DNA of 62,674 bases, filler included, from Chiloscyllium plagiosum (lineage: Eukaryota): NCBI RefSeq assembly GCF_004010195.1. It is 4 parts of one record of this genome, joined end to end, with 100 filler letters (N's around TTAATTAATTAA, not from the genome) between each part and the next. Parts side by side here need not be neighbours in the genome. Positions count along the whole stretch, not along the records: positions 25,504 to 38,076 come from NC_057714.1; 3 more parts are not named here. One strand, given 5' to 3'. This document shows positions 25,638 to 37,916 of the stretch, piece by piece. The first letter of the stretch is position 1, and the number at the start of each line of letters is the position of its first letter. A program made the position numbers and the translations under genes. Below the pieces are notes generated by a model. The model saw only the letters and a list, made by a program, of their open reading frames with translations, was not told the DNA's origin and did no database searches.

Positions 25638-26433
25638 AGAGTCATAGAGTCATATAGATGTACCGCATGGAAACAGACCCTTCAGTCCAACCTGTCGATG
25701 CCGACCAGATATCCGAACCCAATCTATTCCCACCAGCCAGCACCTGGCCCATATCCCTCCAAACCCTTCCTATTCATATACCCATCCAAATGCCTCTTAA
25801 ATGTTGCAATTGTACCAGCCTCCACCACTTCCTCTGGCAGCTCATTCCATATGCGTACCACCCTCTGCATGAAAATGTTGCCCCTTAGGTCCATTTCATA
25901 TCTTTCCCCTCTCACCCTAAATCTATGCCCTCTAGATCTGGACTCCCAGACCCCAGGGAAAATACATTGTCTATTTATCCTATCAATGCCCCTCATAATT
26001 TTGTAAACCTTTATAAGGTCACTCCTCAGCCTCCGACGCTTCAGGGAAAACAGCCCCAGGTTGTTCAGCCACTCCCTATAGGTCAAATCCTCCAACCCTG
26101 GCAACATCCTTGTAAATCTTTTCTGAACCCTTTCAAGTTTCACAACATCCTTCCAACAGGAAGGAGACCAGAATTGCATGCAATATTCCATCAGTGGCCT
26201 AACCAATGTCCTGTACAGCCGCAACATGACCTCCCAACTCCTGTACTCAATACTCTGACCAATAATGGAAAACATATCAAACACCGCCTTCACTATCCTA
26301 TCTACCTGCAACTCCACTTTCAAGGAGCTATGAACCTGCACTCCAAGGTCTCTTTGTTGAGCAACACTCCCTAGGACCTTACCATTAAGTGTATAAGTGC
26401 TAAGATTTGCTTTCCCAAATGCAGGACCTCACA
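25638..26433 (-). mobile_element. CR1 3' fragment
   Basis: ORF 25724-26341 reads LYRTLVRPLMEYCMQFWSP...WNELPEEVVEAG. Confidence 0.9.
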
Positions 26434-26831
26434 TTAAAAAAAGGTTTTGTGACTTACACATGAAAGAAGTGAAACTATCATGGTATTCGATCAGATGAAA
26501 GACTCAACAGACAATCAAGGTATTTTTCAATGTATAATTTCAGTTACATCACAGTGTAAATTCTTGCTATAAATTCTGTGCCCTATAATTGTGTCCTCCA
26601 CAATCACCCGATGAAGGAGCGTCGCTCCGAAAGCTTGTGTGTTTCCAATTAAACCTGTTGGACTATAACCTGGTGTTGTGTGATTTTTAACTTTGTACAC
26701 CCGCCCGAAACGTCGATTCTCCTGTTCCCTGGATGCTGCCTGACCTGCTGCGCTTTTCCAGCAACACATTTTCAGCTTGTGTGATTTTTAACTTTGTACA
26801 CCCCAGTCCAATACCAGCAGCTCCAAATCAT
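26434..26831 (+). mobile_element. Probable PLE terminal-repeat fragment with hammerhead-like motif; nested short insert 26703-26776
   Basis: CAC-CCGATGA-AGGAGC-GTC-GCTCC-GAAA-GCTT-GTG at 26605-26639; nested insert flanked by a 27-bp direct repeat. Confidence 0.55.
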
Positions 26832-27049
26832 GATTATATTGAGTGGCAGGATAGACTTGATGGGCTGAGTGGCCTTACTCCTTTTCTATGCAAGCCCATC
26901 TGTATTCTAAACTTGTCTTTGTCCCATCATAGACAAGAGTCACCACAGTGTAGGATATAATTTTGCTGCTAGCTCCCAGTGAACAGCTAACCTTTGCCCT
27001 GCAGTTATCAGCAGCCATTCATTTGGAGAGCTCACTGTGAGTGACCTCC

Positions 27050-27560
27050 GACCTTCAGGTGGCGCTGTGACCGAGCCCACAATTCAGCGCCGGGCCGGTG
27101 GAGGGCGCACCCACGCACTTGCGGCTGCGCGGGTGCTCTCACGCCATTCACCAAACTAGGCTCCGCCCTTACGTCACACCCCGCCCATTTACGGACGACG
27201 CCCTCGGCACTAGCCCCGCCCTCTCCAAATTCCCGGCCCTTGCACCAGATCGCGTCCCATACCTTACCCAGACCACGCCTCCTCCATGGAAGACGGTCAT
27301 CTTTCACTCCGCCCCTTCCCGCTGTGCCCCGCCCACCGCTCCTCACTTCCGACCCCGCCCCGTGTTGACGTCATAATGTGGCGAGCAGGACGGGAAGGCG
27401 GTGCTGGTGCGCAGGCGCGGCCCGCCAGTCCCGGTAACGGCCCCGTCTCCATGGAGTGTCACCCCGCCGTCCCGCAGCGCACACTCCCGTCTCATCCGCG
27501 GCCGGACAACAGGCAAGGTGTGGGCCCGACCCCGACCCGGGATCAACCTCCCGCCTCAGC
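27050..27560 (+). promoter_or_regulatory. CpG-island promoter, probably of LRRC14, with a likely non-coding first exon
   Basis: CpG-rich; several CCGCCC GC boxes, CRE palindrome TGACGTCA (27366-27373), CRE-like TTACGTCA (27169-27176), ETS motif CACTTCCG (27344-27351). Lies ~3 kb upstream of the LRRC14 ATG exon. Confidence 0.75.
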
Positions 27561-27589
27561 TCACTCTCATGGAGGGGGGGGAGGGGAAG

Positions 27590-28415
27590 GGAGCTGTAGG
27601 CCCGGTCTCCTTTCCCCTGGGGGTGGGGGGTGCTGCAGGCCTGAGCTTCCCCTGGGGGTGGGGGTGCTGCAGGCCTGATCTTCCCCTGGGGGTGGGGGGG
27701 GCTGCAGGCCTGAGCTTCCCCTGGGGGTGGGGGGNNNNNNNNNNNNNNNNNNNNNNNNNNNNNNNNNNNNNNNNNNNNNNNNNNNNNNNNNNNNNNNNNN
27801 NNNNNNNNNNNNNNNNNNNNNNNNNNNNNNNNNNNNNNNNNNNNNNNNNNNNNNNNNNNNNNNNNNNNNNNNNNNNNNNNNNNNNNNNNNNNNNNNNNNN
27901 NNNNNNNNNNNNNNNNNNNNNNNNNNNNNNNNNNNNNNNNNNNNNNNNNNNNNNNNNNNNNNNNNNNNNNNNNNNNNNNNNNNNNNNNNNNNNNNNNNNN
28001 NNNNNNNNNNNNNNNNNNNNNNNNNNNNNNNNNNNNNNNNNNNNNNNNNNNNNNNNNNNNNNNNNNNNNNNNNNNNNNNNNNNNNNNNNNNNNNNNNNNN
28101 NNNNNNNNNNNNNNNNNNNNNNNNNNNNNNNNNNNNNNNNNNNNNNNNNNNNNNNNNGCTTCCCCTGGGGGTGGGGGAGGCTACAGGCCTGATCTTCCCC
28201 TGGGGGTGGGGGAGGCTACAGGCCTGATCTTCCCCTGGGGGTGTGGGGAGGCAGGCCTGGTCTTCCCCTGGGGGTGGGGGAGGCTACAGACCTGGGCTTC
28301 CCCTGGGGGTGTGGGGAGGCAGGCCTGAGCTTCCCCTCGGGTGGGGGGGCAGCAGGCCTGATCTTCCTCTGGAGGTGGGGGGAGGGGGGGCTGTAGTCCC
28401 GGTCTCCTTTCCCCT
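27590..28415 (+). repeat. G-rich ~35-bp minisatellite (GGCCTGAKCTTCCCCTGGGGGTGGGG...) spanning an assembly gap
   Basis: The same unit appears on both sides of the N-run 27735-28157. Confidence 0.85.
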
Positions 28416-28489
28416 AGGTGTTGAGAGGAGGGATGCATCAGCCTATAACTGACCTGTCCAATCACTCCACAGCCTGACATAGATATAAA

Positions 28490-28995
28490 GTTAAATTGAA
28501 TTTATTGTCATGTGTACCGAGGCACAGTGGAAAAACTTCGTCTTGTGAGCAATGCAGGCAGATCAGAGTAAAGTAGCATAGATAAGCAAATAATAGGTAA
28601 ACAGCAGCAAAAATAAAAACACAGATACAGGCAAATGTTAAGAATTTGAGAGTCCATTCAGGACCCTAACAACAGTAGGGTAAAAACTGTGTTTCGAAAC
28701 CGGCTGGTGAGTGTGTTCAGGCTTCTGTACCTTCTCCCCGATGGTAGAGGTTGTGGAAAAGCATTGCCAGAGTGGGATGGATCTTTAAGACTGCTGGCAG
28801 CCTCCCCTTGACAGCGGGCCAGGTAGATGGATTCTCTCAACGGGAGGTTGGCCTTTGTGATTGTCTGGGCCAAGTTCACCACTCTCTGTAACCGTCTCAG
28901 ATCTTGAATGGTACAGTTGCCATACCTGGTAGTGATACATCCAGAAAGAATGCTCTCAATGGTGCTCCTATAAAAGTTGGCAAGGGTATGCATGT
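28490..28995 (-). mobile_element. Rex1/Babar-type LINE 3' fragment
   Basis: NFYRSTIESILSGCIT..YGNC...LQRVVN...KDPSHSG..PLPSGRRYRSL. Confidence 0.8.
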
Positions 28996-29214
28996 TGTGT
29001 GTAATTTGTTGGCGCTAGGTTGAGTAGGCCCACACTTTTGCCGGGCACTGATCGAGCCTGTGCCAGACTCTTCACAACCTTGGCCCAAGCATCATTTGAC
29101 CTCAATTCCCCCTCCCCTTGTATGCCATACAGGGCTTGACTGTCAGATTTCTTTCCTTAAAGGTCATTAGTGAATGAACATGCAAAACAAACCCTTTCAG
29201 CAAGGTCTTTAGGA

Positions 29215-29433
29215 CACGAGGTTATAGACCAATAGGTTTCCTATGAAATCTTTCGTAAGCTAAAATGGCGTCAAGTGAAGAAGCATTCATTTATATGGGA
29301 AAAATTTCACCTTTTCTTGTAAAACTGAAAATCCTTTTTAGATTTCTTTGGTTAGTGCAAACATGTACTAATGTCAGTCTTTCGTAAAATGAAGTGACGT
29401 AAAGCAAACTTTTGAAAAACGGGGATACCTGTA
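29215..29433. mobile_element. Possible Tigger-like MITE fragment
   Basis: Right end GGGGATACCTG|TA resembles a pogo/Tigger terminal repeat plus TA site; left end not resolved. Confidence 0.35.
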
Positions 29434-30425
29434 TTTGACATCACAAGCTTCTGGATCGCTGCTGCTTTCTCAGGTGAAATGTTCTTTCAGCAGATTCAAC
29501 TTGCCAAATAAGCGTTTGTCGAGCTGGGATCAGGTACTGCTGGATGGTGACAGTCTGTCTGAGATATAGAGGTTCACTTGAGATAACGATAAGCTCTTCG
29601 TTCCTGGAATATGTCTTTAATACTGCATATGGTTGAAATATTGCCATTGAGAAGGCTCTAGGTAGTGATCCTCCACACATACCCTGGTTTAGGCTTAAAG
29701 GCACAAAGCTTAGACAAGTTCTTCCTGTTTGCGGAGGACAGGCTCCAGTGCATTAATATAAGTGGCTTCTATTAAGTGTATGTTAGCCACACAAAAAAAG
29801 CAGATGTGTTCTTGACACTGACTGTTGTTCTGTTTCCCCTATCCCCGTATCAGTCAAAGCAAAACACTCAGACACAGTATGGCTTTACCTCCTTCATCTT
29901 TATTCCAGGCCCTGGAGGGAGAGAGAACGATTGCCCGTGTGTACAGAGACATGAGTTCTCGGTCTTCTCTCGAACTGCAGAATTCTGTTGATGAAGTATA
30001 TAGTCATTTACAGGAAGGATCAGCCAGATAAGGCAACATACATATTGATTGGGTGACCATTACAATCAGCGAGTGTCAATGACAAAGATTAAGCCATCTA
30101 CTGTTACACAATGAACGTTCTTAACCTTGTTAACTGACTTTACATAATGAACGGCTCTTCATCTTGTTAAATGGCTTTACATAATGGATGCTTTTTCACC
30201 TTTTTAACCCACTACCCTTGCTTCCAGCACCTCATTGTTTACTGCAAGTTCTGATCTGATCCAAGTCATGCTTAGCTGAGCCTTTTGTTTCTCACAAGCC
30301 AAAACTTAACTCTTTCCCTAACTGCTCATATCTTATACACATTCTCATGACCACCATCTTTCTCTTTTCCACCAGCCACCCACTGACTGCAACATCAACT
30401 TGATCCGCACTGTTTGTCAAGAAGG

Positions 30426-30751
30426 ATGCATTCTCTGGTGTTCTTTTGCGCGCAGAAAGTGATCTCTGACTATGCCTCGACTCGCAAAGCCTTGGACTAT
30501 ATCCCCCGTGAAATCTACCCGGTGCTGTTTAAAGCTGCCTTTTTGGACATCCGGACGCTGGTGCTGCGTGATGTGGTGCAGAGGTGGCCCTTTGGTGTTC
30601 TCAACTTCTCAACCATCCTGAAGAAGTGCAAACACTGTGACCGGGACGTGATCCGAGAGAAGCCCAACAAGCAGTGCTTGCAGGCAGTGATAATGGGAGT
30701 GAAGGATTACCTATTGAACGAGTTACGACAGAGCCGCTCTGCTTCCAACAG
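30426..30751 (+). CDS. LRRC14: Leucine-rich repeat-containing protein 14 (PRAME/LRRC14 family), first coding exon; gene partial in window
   Basis: MHSLVFFCAQKVI...IPREIYPVLFKAAF...WPFGVLNF...CKHCDR...EKPNKQCLQAVIMG closely resembles the LRRC14 N-terminus (MHTLVF...PRELFPLLFKVAF...WPF...CAHC...QAVILG). Acceptor CAG at 30373-30375; donor AG|GTAC, phase 2. Confidence 0.88.
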
Positions 30752-30827
30752 GTACAAAACTAAACTGGCTCCGCCTGAAGAGACTGTTTAGCAATATTTA
30801 GTAATGATGGGGCCTGTCGATGATTTG

Positions 30828-31123
30828 TTGGCTCAGTGGTTAGCACTGCTGTCTCACAGTGCCAGGGACCTGGGTTCGATACCAGCCTTGGGCAACTGTC
30901 TGTGGAGTTTGCACATTCTCTGTGCCTGCGTGGGTTTCCTCCGGGTGCTCCAGCTTCCTCCCACAATCCAAAGACGTGCAGGTTGGATGAATTGGCCATG
31001 CTAAAATGCCCATAATGTTAGGTGCATTAGTCAGTGGGAAATGGGTCTGGGTGGGTTACTGTTCAGAGGGTCGGTGTGGACTTGTTAGGCCAAAGGGCCT
31101 GTTTCCACGTTGCAGGGAATCTA
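30828..31123 (+). mobile_element. HE1-type V-SINE
   Basis: TGGCTCAGTGGTTAGCACTGC...GGTTCGATACC head, V-domain and tail. Confidence 0.9.
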
Positions 31124-31608
31124 ACCTTAAAAAAAAAACTGTGATTGTTCCACTGATGTTGTAACCAGCTGATTGACCCACACCAAGAGCTTGCTGACCC
31201 TGCTCTCAGCACTGGGCACTGCTCCAACTTACCCTGCAGAGTCTCCACAGGACAGGGAAGGAATATTTAAACTCCCCCCATGCTGATATTCAATGACATG
31301 CCTCCCACATGATGAATGATCACTTGGCTGAGGTTGCCCTGGATGTTTGCAGTTCTGTGACCCTGCACACAGTGGGTCTGTAGGGCCAGGAACAGAACAG
31401 AATCCATCCTGAGCTGGATTTAAATTTACTTTGTGGATTACGCTGTGCGCAACTGATCTGGAGGGGGAAGGGTGTAGCTAATGTCCATTGAAATGATGAT
31501 CAATTTCTGCAGCAAAATAGGGTCATGGTCTCTTGACCTCTTACTCAGCTGTGGTGCTCAGGTACAGCATGATTTCGGATGTGTCTGTCAGTCTCTGTAG
31601 AGGCCTAG

Positions 31609-31821
31609 GCTGAAAATGTGTTGCTGGAAAAGCGCAGCAGGTCAGGCAGCATCCAAGAAGCAGGAGAATCGACGTTTCGGGCATGAGCCCTTCTTCAGAT
31701 TCCTGAAGAAGGGGCCTGAAACATCGATTCTCCTGCTCCTTGCATGCTGCCTGACCTGCTGCGCTTTTCCAGCAACACATTTTCAGCTCTGATCCGCAGC
31801 ATCTGCAGTCCTCACTTTCTC
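31609..31821. mobile_element. PLE-derived fold-back mini-element with two divergent hammerhead motifs
   Basis: Inverted arms around ~31699; 16-bp direct repeat CTCTGTAGAGGCCTAG at 31593-31608 and 31822-31837. Confidence 0.8.
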
Positions 31822-33693
31822 CTCTGTAGAGGCCTAGCCTGTTGTGTTTGAGCATCAGGCTGCTGGGAAGTGTACCCAAGCCTTGTTCTTTGGTATCTCT
31901 CTACCTTGATGTTGTGGAGAGGACGGAAGACATTTGTAAAGAGAGTAGCATTGAACCTGCTGGTGTTTGTTCCAGCTGTATCTCAGCAACCCTCAGTGCC
32001 TTGCCAAGTTAAAAAGAGGCAGAAAGTAAGCATTATGACACCTCTACAGGAAAAAAAAAGTTCATGCACACTGAGTTCATGAGAATAACTGAGCTCTCCT
32101 TCTCCAGGATATAGTGTGTGGATTATTACGTTGAGTGAGATTTGATCTTGAGAGGGAAATGCTTAAAGCAGAAGGTATGGCAGAGAGAACTTGGCAGGGT
32201 TTCGGAGGGGTGAGGAGAAGACTCTGTAAGTAGGTGATAGTAGAGTTAAGGATGGATGAGTTGGAATTGTTAACTCCCTTTTTGTTATTTTTCAGAAAAA
32301 CAAAAGCATCAACATCACAGGACAGTATCAAGCTTAGGTACAGCACATGTCATTAATCTGGATGAGAGACAGAACAGGAAGCGTGTACTTTTTCATGCAA
32401 AGGTTTTCTTTGTGTCTCACGGCAAGAGTTCAAACCAAAGCAGTAGCTGCTAAGATTAATTTGTGACGGACCTCTGTACCTCTCCAGTGTTTGGCAGAGG
32501 TCTTTGGTTTTGTCCCCCCCCTCTAGTTAAACTGGAGGATGGTACAGGCCTTTATTGTATCATGTAGGAAAGTCATGGAGCCATCAATGGGAGAGTCACA
32601 GACTGTTCCCTGTAAAGCCTTGGGGAGGGAGCCATTTGGCTGCTTTATGTTCAATTAGTACAAATGCTATGCTGGAGTAGTTTCCCCTCCCTGTCGTTCT
32701 GGTGAAAGTCTTGAGGGTTGAGTTTAAAACTGGAAACTATTGCTCCTGTTTTCTGAACTCTGCATGAGCTGTCCCCTAGTTTATGCTTTCCATCAGTATT
32801 CCCATTCCGCGCCGAAGGCTAATGAGTGGTATTCATCTGCCCTCGTTAGTCCATGAGGGCTTTTAAAGGCTTGTGGTACAATAACATGGATGAGAAAGAA
32901 CCTTACATTCGAGCTACTGTGTATCCCAAGCCCTGCTGTCACCTAAAAGGTAAGCTTGCTGGTAAAACCCCAGTATTGATGATCTTTACCTTGGAGGGAT
33001 GTGATGTCGAACCCCTGAAAGTAGGACATAGTAACCAGTATTCTTCCTCGGTGTCACAAAGAAGATTGCTCTTAAAGCTGGCGTTGTGGGGAATTATGGG
33101 GCCATCACCCCTACATCTCTCTTGCAAAGTTGTAATGAGCATGGGGCAGGTTTTGATTTGCCGCCCTCGTTAAAGGGGAGAACTTCAGGTGGCAAAAAGA
33201 AATATTTGTAGTTGTTAAAATTAACATATTGCTGTATTTAAAATCCATTGTGATAGCATCGTTTGACAGCAATTAACTATGCTCAATGACTGAAGTTTGG
33301 AAAGATCAAGGTTAGTCATAGAAAGGTTGAAGGGAGCAAAAGAGAAATAAGTTGGATCTAGATTTGATTATTGACTAATTGAGCCTTTGACAACATTCAA
33401 GTTGCAGAGAGACAATTCATTCACAAAATCTGTGTGTCATCGGCAAGGTCATTTATTGCTCATCCTTAATTAACTTTGAGAAAGTAATGGGCCATCATCT
33501 TGAATATAACTAAAGCTGGGCCACTGGAGAATGTAGGGTTGGGGGAGGTTATGCTGTTACATTGCTGTCGGTTTGGTGTCAGATTGGAAGCACAAGGGGT
33601 TCATCTGGCTTTCAGTGACACTCAGGTTAATGTTACTGTGACACTCAGATTCTGGATTCTGTTAATCCAGAGATACAGCTAATGTTCCGGGGA

Positions 33694-34562
33694 CAACACC
33701 AAAATTGGAGGTGTAGTAGACAGTGAAGAATTATAATGGGATCTTGATCAGATGGGCCAATGGGCTGAGAAGTGGCAGATGGAGTTTAATTCAGATAAAT
33801 GTGAGGTGCTGCATTCTGGGAAAGCAAATCTTAGCAGGACTTATACACTTATTGGTAAGGTCCTCTGGAATGTTGCTGAACAAAGAGACCTTGGAGTGCA
33901 GGTTCATAGCTCCTTGAAAATGGAGTCAAAGGTAGATAGGATAGTGAAGAAGGCGTTTGGTATGCTTTCCTTTATTGGTCAGAGTATTGAGTACAGGAGT
34001 TGGGAGGTCATGTTGCAGCTGTACAGGACATTGGTTAGGCCACTGTTGGATTATTGTGTGCAATTCTGGTCTCCTTCCTATCGGAAAGATGTTGTGAAAC
34101 GTGAAAAGGTTCAGAAAAGATTTACAAGGATGTTGCCAGGGTTGGAGGATCTGAGCTATAGGGAGAGGCTGAACAGGCTGGGGCTGTTTTCCCTGGAGCA
34201 TCGGAGGCTGAGGGGTGACCTTATAGAGGTCTATAAAATTATGAGGGGCATGGATAGAATAAATAGTCTTTTCCCTGGGTTGAGGCGTCCAGAACTAGAG
34301 GGCATAGGTTTAGGGTGAGAGGGGAAAGATATAAAAGAGACCAAAGGGGCAACATTTTCATGCAGAGGGTGGCACGTGTATGGAATGAGCTGCCAGAGGA
34401 AGTGGTGGAGGCTGGTACAATTGCAACATTTAAGAGGCATTTGAATGGGTATATGAATGGGAAGGGTTTGGAGGGATATGGGCCGGGTGCTGGCAGGTGG
34501 AACTAAATTGGGTTGGCATATCTGGTCGGCATGGACCAGTTTCTGTGCTGTACATCTCTATG
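33694..34562 (+). mobile_element. CR1 3' fragment inserted in a SINE
   Basis: WAEKWQMEFNSDKCEVLH...LYRTLVRPLLDYCVQFWSP; SINE halves lie on either side. Confidence 0.9.
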
Positions 34563-35801
34563 ACCTGGGTTCGAAACTCGCTAGGGCAGATGGTAGAATT
34601 TGAATTTAATAACTATCTGGAATTAAGAGTCTAATGATGACCATGAGTCCATTATCGATTATTGGAAAAACTGATCTGGTTCACTAATGTCCTTCAGGAA
34701 ACTGCTATCCTTGCCTGGTAGATGTACATGTGACTCCAGACCCACAGCAATGTGGTTGACTCCTATTTGTGCTGTGGGCAATTAGGGATGGGCAATAAAT
34801 GCTGGTCTCCCCAGCAACATCCTCGTCTTGTGAATGAATAAAAAAAACAAAATTGCCCAACAAATTGAATTTAAACTCTCCAGCTGACAAGGTGGCAATT
34901 GAAGTCATGTCTCTGGATCATTTGATCAATGTGTACTGGATTATGTGGCAAGGAACATTTTACCCTTTAAATAGGTCACAGAGTGATACATCTTGGTTTT
35001 AACACAGAAAGTGGGAAATATTGTGGAGAATTGTGAATCTGGAGAATCTTGCATAGATTTAGAAACTTATGTGACGCACAGATCACACAAATATGAAACT
35101 AGTAATGATGGTAGAATCTGCAAAGGTTGTTTCCATGCCTGTGGAGGATTTTTAATATTACCAGACGATGTCCCACGATAAGGGCAATGTCAGTTAACAC
35201 TGCTTAGAGACAGGAGCAGTGTTCTCTTATTGGCTGGAATTGCCTTAATGGAGTGGATTTGTTAAATGGAGGCTTTCTGGGTGCAAAAAAGATGAGAGAT
35301 TCTTAATTAAAGCTTAATTAATTCCAGGAGGAAATGATGCATGGCATTAGTCAGAGTGAAGCCCAGAGGTTCATAAATCAAGGTGTGATGCCACAACTAT
35401 TAGAAGAGAGTTTCAGGGAGGAATAAAGGACGTTGTAGTTGGGTTTAGCTCGGCTGATTGGGAAGTTGTGGTTGATTGACATTATAGACTAGTGAGGCGG
35501 GGGAGCTGCCTGGTTACACTGGTCCCAGAGGCTTACTGTTTCCCAACCACATGACAACAGGATTTTCTCCAAATTCATTTGGAAGCTGTAGTTGAATCAC
35601 TTCTAAAACCCTTTCAGGTGCTGGTTCCAGATGACACGTTAGTGCGTATTATAGTCTCTCCCCAACTTCCTCTGTTCCATTACTTTAAAGCTCTTCCCTT
35701 GGTTTACCCAACTCTTCAGACAGTGAGAATGATTTGTCCTTATTTGCTCTATCAAAGCCCTTAATGATTTTGGCTACCTATTGAAATTTCTGCTCCAGGG
35801 T

Positions 35802-36320
35802 GGGCAGTACGGTGGCTCAGTGGTTAGCACTGCTGCCTCACAGCGCCAGGGTCCCAGGTTCGATTCCAGCCTCGGGCGACTGTCTGTGTGGAGTTTGCAT
35901 GTTCTCCCTGTGTCTGCGTGGGTTTCCTCCGGGTGCTCCGGTTTCCTCCCACAGTCCAAAGATGTGCCGGTCATAAGCGATTTAGCGAGAGCGAGCCAAT
36001 TGGATTCAGAATTGGCTTGCCAATAGGAGACAGAGGGTGGTGGTAGAGGGTTGTTCAGATGGGAAGCCTGTGACCAGTGGTGTGCTGCAAGGTTGATGCT
36101 GGGTCCACTGTTGTTTGTCATTTATACAAATAATTTGGATGAGTATGTAGCAGGCACAGTCAGTAAATTTGCGGTAATATAGTGGACAGTGAAGAAAGTT
36201 ACCTAAGATTACAACAGGCCAGCGGGCTGAGGAATGGTAGATGGAGTCTAATTCAGATGAATGCGAGGTGTTGCATTTTGGTAAGACAAACCAGGGCAGG
36301 ATTTACACAGTTAATGCTAG
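35802..36320 (+). mobile_element. HE1 SINE 5' part followed by a CR1 RT fragment
   Basis: SINE head and V-domain to ~35967, then WIQNWL...QGLMLGPLLF-like CR1 sequence. Confidence 0.8.
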
Positions 36321-36403
36321 TTGTGAAGAATAATTGATGAACTCACAGAAACAAGCTTAGCAAGCTGGGTGAAGATATGAAGCAGGGAATGCTCGAATTA
36401 ACA

Positions 36404-37065
36404 TGACCTTGGGGTTACCATTGACCAGAAACTCAACTGGACTCATCACATAAACACAGTAGCTACAAGAGCTGGTCAGAGACTAGGGACACTGGTGAGT
36501 AACTCACCTCCTGACACCCAAAAGTCTATCCACCATCTGCAAGGCACAAGTCAGGAGTGTGATGGAATACTCCCCACTTGCCTGAATGGGTGCCGCTCCA
36601 ACAACACTCAAGAAGCTCGATGCCATCCAGGACAAAGCAGCCTGCATGATTGGCACCACATCTACAAACATTCAGTCCTTCCACTGCCAGCCCTCAGTAG
36701 CAGCAGTGTGTACTATCTACAAGATGCACTGCAGAAATTCACCAAATATCCTTAGACAGCATCTTCTAAACCCCCGACCACTTCCATCTAGAAGGACAAG
36801 GGCAGCAGGTACTTGGGAACACCACCACCTGCAAATTCCCCTCCAAGCCACTCGCCACCCTGACTTGGAAATATACCGCCGTTCCTTCACAGTTGTTGGG
36901 TCAAAATCCTGGAATTCCCTTCCTACTGGCGTTGTGGGTCAACCCACAGCAAGTGGGCTGCAGCGATTCAAGAATGCAGCTCACCATCACCTTCTCAAGG
37001 GCAAATAGGGATGGGCTATCAATGCTGGCCAGGCAGCTGCGCCCAAGTCCCGTAAATGAATTTTA
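36404..37065 (+). mobile_element. LINE (CR1/L2 group) 3' fragment
   Basis: Decayed ORF2 end (LKKLDAIQDKAACMIG...KSWNSLP); its 3' tail GGGATGGGC..AATGCTGGCC is shared with the second SINE family. Confidence 0.65.
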
Positions 37066-37916
37066 AAAAACTCTCCAGACTTTAGAAGATTGAGGTCACT
37101 ATAAGGGATTGCATATTTAAGAGAGTCGAGGAACATTTTCTTGTTGGTGTTGCAAATCTGTAGGTTTTTTTTACTAAAGAGAAACGTAGAAGCAGAGAGA
37201 CATTTTTAATCAGCAAAAGGGAACCGAGGGTTAAGTAAACTCTGTGCTGGAGAGCTTCATCTGGTCTGAGCAGCATGTATGGAGTTAGAAACCGAGTTAA
37301 TGTTTTGAGTCTGATATGACTTTTCTTCAGAATGAGTTCATGATTTCAGGGAGGGTATAGCCGACTGCTGTTCCTATTTTAAATGTCCTTTCCAGTATTC
37401 CAGCATTTTACTTGTTCATAGTAATTACATCCAGTGCAGTGCTGACATTCAACGATTATTTAGTACTTTTGGTGATCCTGAAATCTGTCAAGGTTTAGAC
37501 TGCAACACTTCCATTCTGGAAAATTATTTTGTTTAAACATCAGGGTTTATGTCGGGGTGTAATTTGTATTTTACTCCATTCTGACTTGGGGGGAATTTTG
37601 TGTCTGTTGTGACCAGGGATATCAGTTGTTGGGTGTGACTAGCTTTCTAATTACTATACCAGGTCAATGACAGGGTGAAATGCCTAAAAATGTTGCTTAA
37701 TAATTACATTGAACTCTGTAATTCTGAGCAGTATCTGATAATTTGGATTGCAGCGTGACCATTGACTTTACACTGAATGTGGCCTCTGCTTGATTCTCAC
37801 CTCCACTCTCCACTGGCTGTCAAAATCCCCAGTGAAGTGTAGCACCTAATAAGCTGTTATCCAAACCACTGGCTTACCGCAGTGGAAGAGCTATCTTGTG
37901 GATTTGGTGTATTGCT

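Noticed and set aside
29909..30050. Possible extra 5' UTR exon of LRRC14 (strong acceptor TTTATTCCAG at 29899-29908)
   Set aside because: No convincing donor downstream and nothing else supports it without transcript data.
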